A DNA stretch of 64,000 nucleotides from contig CAWJQU010000004.1 of the NCBI GenBank assembly GCA_963845145.1, forward strand, positions 352,001-416,000, in the 5' to 3' direction. The notes under the pieces are model-generated. The model was not told the origin of the DNA and ran no database searches. It saw nothing but the letters and a program-made list of their open reading frames with translations. The DNA is from an uncultured delta proteobacterium. GTDB taxonomy: Bacteria > Desulfobacterota > Desulfobacteria > Desulfobacterales > QNYZ01. Each line of letters opens with the position of its first letter. Position 1 is the stretch's first letter. Shown in pieces: positions 60,552-64,000 of the stretch. Both the position numbers and the translations under genes were made by a program.

Positions 60552-60965
60552 ATGATGTTAAACAAGATCGACCATATCTGTATTGCCGTCAAAAATCTTG
60601 AGAATGCAAAAAAAGTCTGGGAACCGCTATTGGGAAAGACTGAACCGGATGATGCGTATATTGACGAACCCGAAAAGATCAATGTTGCTCGCTATATGGT
60701 GGGTGAAGTCGGATTTGAACTGATGGAATCCACCTCTCCAGACGGAGATGTGGCCAAGTTTATTGAAAAACGGGGCGAGGGGATTATGCTGATCAGCTTC
60801 AACGTTGATAACACGCGGGAATCCATGGCTGAATTAAAGGAAAAGGACTACCCTTTTATCGGCGGTGCCCGGTCTTTTCGCGATTGCGAATTTGCCTTTA
60901 TCCATCCTAAAAAGATGAACGGTGTGTTAACCGAATTAATCGATTTTAAATGGGATGAAAAGTAG
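60552..60965 (+). CDS. VOC-family protein, methylmalonyl-CoA epimerase-like
   Basis: KIDHICIAVKNL, ELME, KFIEKRGEG, AFIHPK..NGVLTEL. Confidence 0.85.
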   Translation: MMLNKIDHICIAVKNLENAKKVWEPLLGKTEPDDAYIDEPEKINVARYMVGEVGFELMESTSPDGDVAKFIEKRGEGIMLISFNVDNTRESMAELKEKDYPFIGGARSFRDCEFAFIHPKKMNGVLTELIDFKWDEK

Positions 60966-61006
60966 TCGGCAAACCTTAGACATAAGGGGTCATACTTTAA
61001 TGATCT

Positions 61007-64000
61007 CTATCCGGCATCCAGCTTCAGCACAGTCGGCCGTGAAAGGCCGGTGACATTCTGAAAATCCGTTACCAGAATATAGAGCGACGGTACCAATACC
61101 AAGTTGATCAAGGTGGCAAAGAGTATCCCGTAGCCCAGCGAGAGCGCCATGGGTATCAAAAATTTGGCTTGGCGCGATGTTTCAAATATCATGGGTGTCA
61201 GGCCACCGAAAGTCGTTAAGGTTGTCAATAAAATAGGCCGAAAACGCTGAACCGCGGCATCCACAATGGCGTCAAAAGCAGCCATACCGCCGGCTCGTCG
61301 CCGATTGGCAAAATCGATCAAAACCAGGGCGTCGTTGACCACGACTCCCGACAGGGCTACGATGCCGAACAAGCTCATGAGGCTCAGGCTGTAGCCCATA
61401 ATCAGATGACCGATGACGGCGCCGGTGAGTCCGAAAGGGATCGCCATCATAATGATCATGGGCTGAATGTAGCTGTTAAAGGGGATTGCCAGCATCACGT
61501 AGATGACCATTAAGGCGCCCAACAATCCTTTTATAGGCTGGTGACACTGTCTCGCCGTTCGGCCTGGCGACCACTAAAGCTGTAATTGAGACCTGAATAC
61601 TTTTGCATCAAATCCGGAATGGTATCGGCCGTGATGGCTTCGATTACCTGACCTGCCTGGCTGCGTGGCCTCACATCGGCCGTCACGGTGACCGTGCGCC
61701 GGCCGTTGCGTCGATCGATGCGGGTGTCGGCCCGGCCCGTGGTGATCGCCACGGCGTCCCCCATTGGTATTTCACCACCTGTCGGTGTACGCAGGATCAT
61801 CCTCTCTAAAAAGTAGATCGATTGACGTTCGTTTTCGGGCAGGCGCACCATCACTTTGACTTCATTGCGACCCCTCTGAATTCGTACAGCCTCGGCACCG
61901 TAGTAGGCATGACGAACCTGACGGGCAATATCGACCGCACTAAGCCCCAGCCTTTGCGCGGCCGGTCGGATCTGGAAATCCATTTGGCGCTTACCTTCGG
62001 CAAAACCGTTGTCAATGTCAGTCACCTTCGGGAAAAATCCAAAAGCATCCGCCAACTCTTCACTGGCTCGTGCGAGGGTGGCCGTATCGCGGTGACTCAA
62101 TTCGATGGAAATAACGGCTCCCCGGCCAGGACCGCCGGCATCGGATTCAAACTTCAGATTCTCGACTCCCGGTAGTTGTCCCACTTGCTGCCGCCACAAT
62201 TCGGTAAAACGGGCTGTGGGAATGGGGCGTACATCCGGAGGCGTTAAGTAAACGCGGATCGATGCCGTATTGGCGTTGGTTTGGGCGTAAATGCCCTGCA
62301 CCAGCTTGTCACCACCGTTTTCAGAGGCTATTTTTTGGGCGGCTGCGATTAACCTCTGTCCGGCCTGAACCGTGTTTGCTACGGCGGTGCCGAAGGGCAG
62401 GCGCAAGCTTGCCATGGCATAATCGGACTCGATCTTGGGAAATAGCTCAAACCCCATGCGTCCACTACGAACATAGCCGATGGTGAAAAGCAGGATCATC
62501 ACCCCGATAGCCATGGTGACGTACCGCCATCGCAAAGAGAAGGCCAAAAACGGTCGGTATCGGGTTTCGATGAGGTTTCGAAAGCGGGTGCTGAACCGCT
62601 GCTGGCGTTGGATTATCCAATCCAGAACGCCCCCGCTTTTATGGGCTTTTTGATGGCCCAAGTGAGCCGGTAAAATCAGAAGGCTCTCAACCAGGGAGAT
62701 GAGAAAAACGCAGATAACGACCATGGGAATGTACTTGAATATTTTACCCATAAAACCGGGTATGAAAAACATGGGCATGAAGGTGACAATGTTGGTCAGC
62801 ACACTGAAGGTTACCGGCATGGCAATTTCCCGGGCACCCTTTACGGCAGCCTCGAACCAGTCCAGCCCGGTTTGACGGTAGTGGTAAATATTTTCACCCA
62901 CCACGATGGCATCGTCCACGACGATACCCAGGGTAACGATAAAAGCAAAGAGGGTAATAATATTGATACTGACGCCACCCAGGGGGAGCAGCAGCAACCC
63001 GCCGATAAACGAAATAGGAATTCCCAGGCTGACCCAGAAGGCGAGTCGAACTTCCAAAAAGAGTGCCAATAGTACAAATACCAATCCCAACCCCAAATAC
63101 CCATTGCGCATCATGAGATCGAGGCGCTGGCGATAAATTTCTGAACGGTCATTGCGGGATTCCAGATTCAATCCCGGAGGGAGAGATGGTTTAATGTCCA
63201 GCATCAGTTTTTTGACGGCGTCTGAGACCGATACGGGTGTTTGTTCACCCACCCTGAAAACCTCTATCATGACTGCTGGTTGGCCGTTAAAAACTGAAAA
63301 CCGATCACTTTCTTCCAAATCATCCCGAATGGTGGCGACCTCTTCGAGTAGAACCTGCGTACCGTCTTCCATAATAATGATGGGGATTTTGCCAAATTCA
63401 CGGCCGAAATCGCGACGCTCCTTGACGCGCATGAGCACATCGCCGCTGCTGGTTTTAATGGCCCCTCCCGGCATCTCGACTGAGGCAAGGCCAATGCGCC
63501 GGGCGACATCATCAAGGGTCAGTCCGTAGGTTCGCAGTTTATTCTGGGAAACCTCTATACTGATTTCAAGATTACGCACACCGTCTAAGTCAACCTGGCT
63601 GATATCAGGGTCATTGAGCAACCGATCCCGCACATTTTCGGCCACCTCCCGAAGCACCTGCTCCGACTGGTCGCCAAACAACGCCAGTGAGACCACAGAA
63701 CGGCGGCGCTGAGCCACCACTACCTTGGGATCTTCAGCCTCGTCGGGTAAAGAGGAGATTCGGTCCACTTCGTTTTTGATATCACGGGCTATTTGCTGGA
63801 CATTTTCACCCTCGATGGTTTCAATGGTGACCCTACCCGAACCCTCGCTTGCGGTAGCAGTAACCTCCTTGATACCCTGGACATTATTAATAGCGTCTTC
63901 CATGGCCAGCAAAATACCCCGCTCGACCTCTTCCGGGCTGGCGCCAGGGTAGGGGACCGTAATATTGATTCGGTCAAGCTCAAAGTCAGGGAAAACCTCT
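61007..64000 (-). pseudogene. RND efflux permease (AcrB family), split by a one-base frameshift near 61534; 5' end outside the window
   Basis: Frame 1 (EVFPDF..YPGASPEEVE..., GIVVDDAIVVGEN) stops at 61533-61531. The remaining helices (GVVVNDAL, RFRPILLTTLTT) continue in the -1 frame. May be a sequencing error. Confidence 0.8.

Noticed and set aside
1..64000. Prophage, IS elements, defence systems, rRNA
   Set aside because: No integrase, transposase, phage structural, cas or rRNA-like sequence was recognised.

Overview
A gene-dense chromosomal window from an anaerobic bacterium; gene content (tungsten AOR, 2-oxoacid oxidoreductases, HdrC-like protein, DUF3786, split purH, selenoproteins) suggests a Desulfobacterota/deltaproteobacterium, which is inference. 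About 55 protein genes and one tRNA-Glu(CTC) are supportable. No CRISPR array, rRNA, transposase or integrase was seen. Highlights: (1) a glycyl-radical enzyme (GRE) with HypD-like but altered active-site motifs, its activase, and a two-repeat WHxH...C protein, followed by an AOR-MoaD-2-oxoacid oxidoreductase-aminotransferase operon; (2) three selenoprotein genes broken or missed by the ORF track (DsrE-like UxxC; exported DUF3179-like in a cytochrome P460/cytochrome c operon; a 70-aa glutaredoxin-like protein with two in-frame UGAs), each UGA followed by a SECIS-like hairpin; (3) a promoter, structured leader and terminator (riboswitch-like) before a Na+/solute symporter; (4) an apparently leaderless arsR with two matching operators and arsM; (5) a decayed tRNA-like copy, a frameshifted RND permease and a degenerate GGDEF protein. 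All family assignments come from motif recognition by eye; no database search was run.
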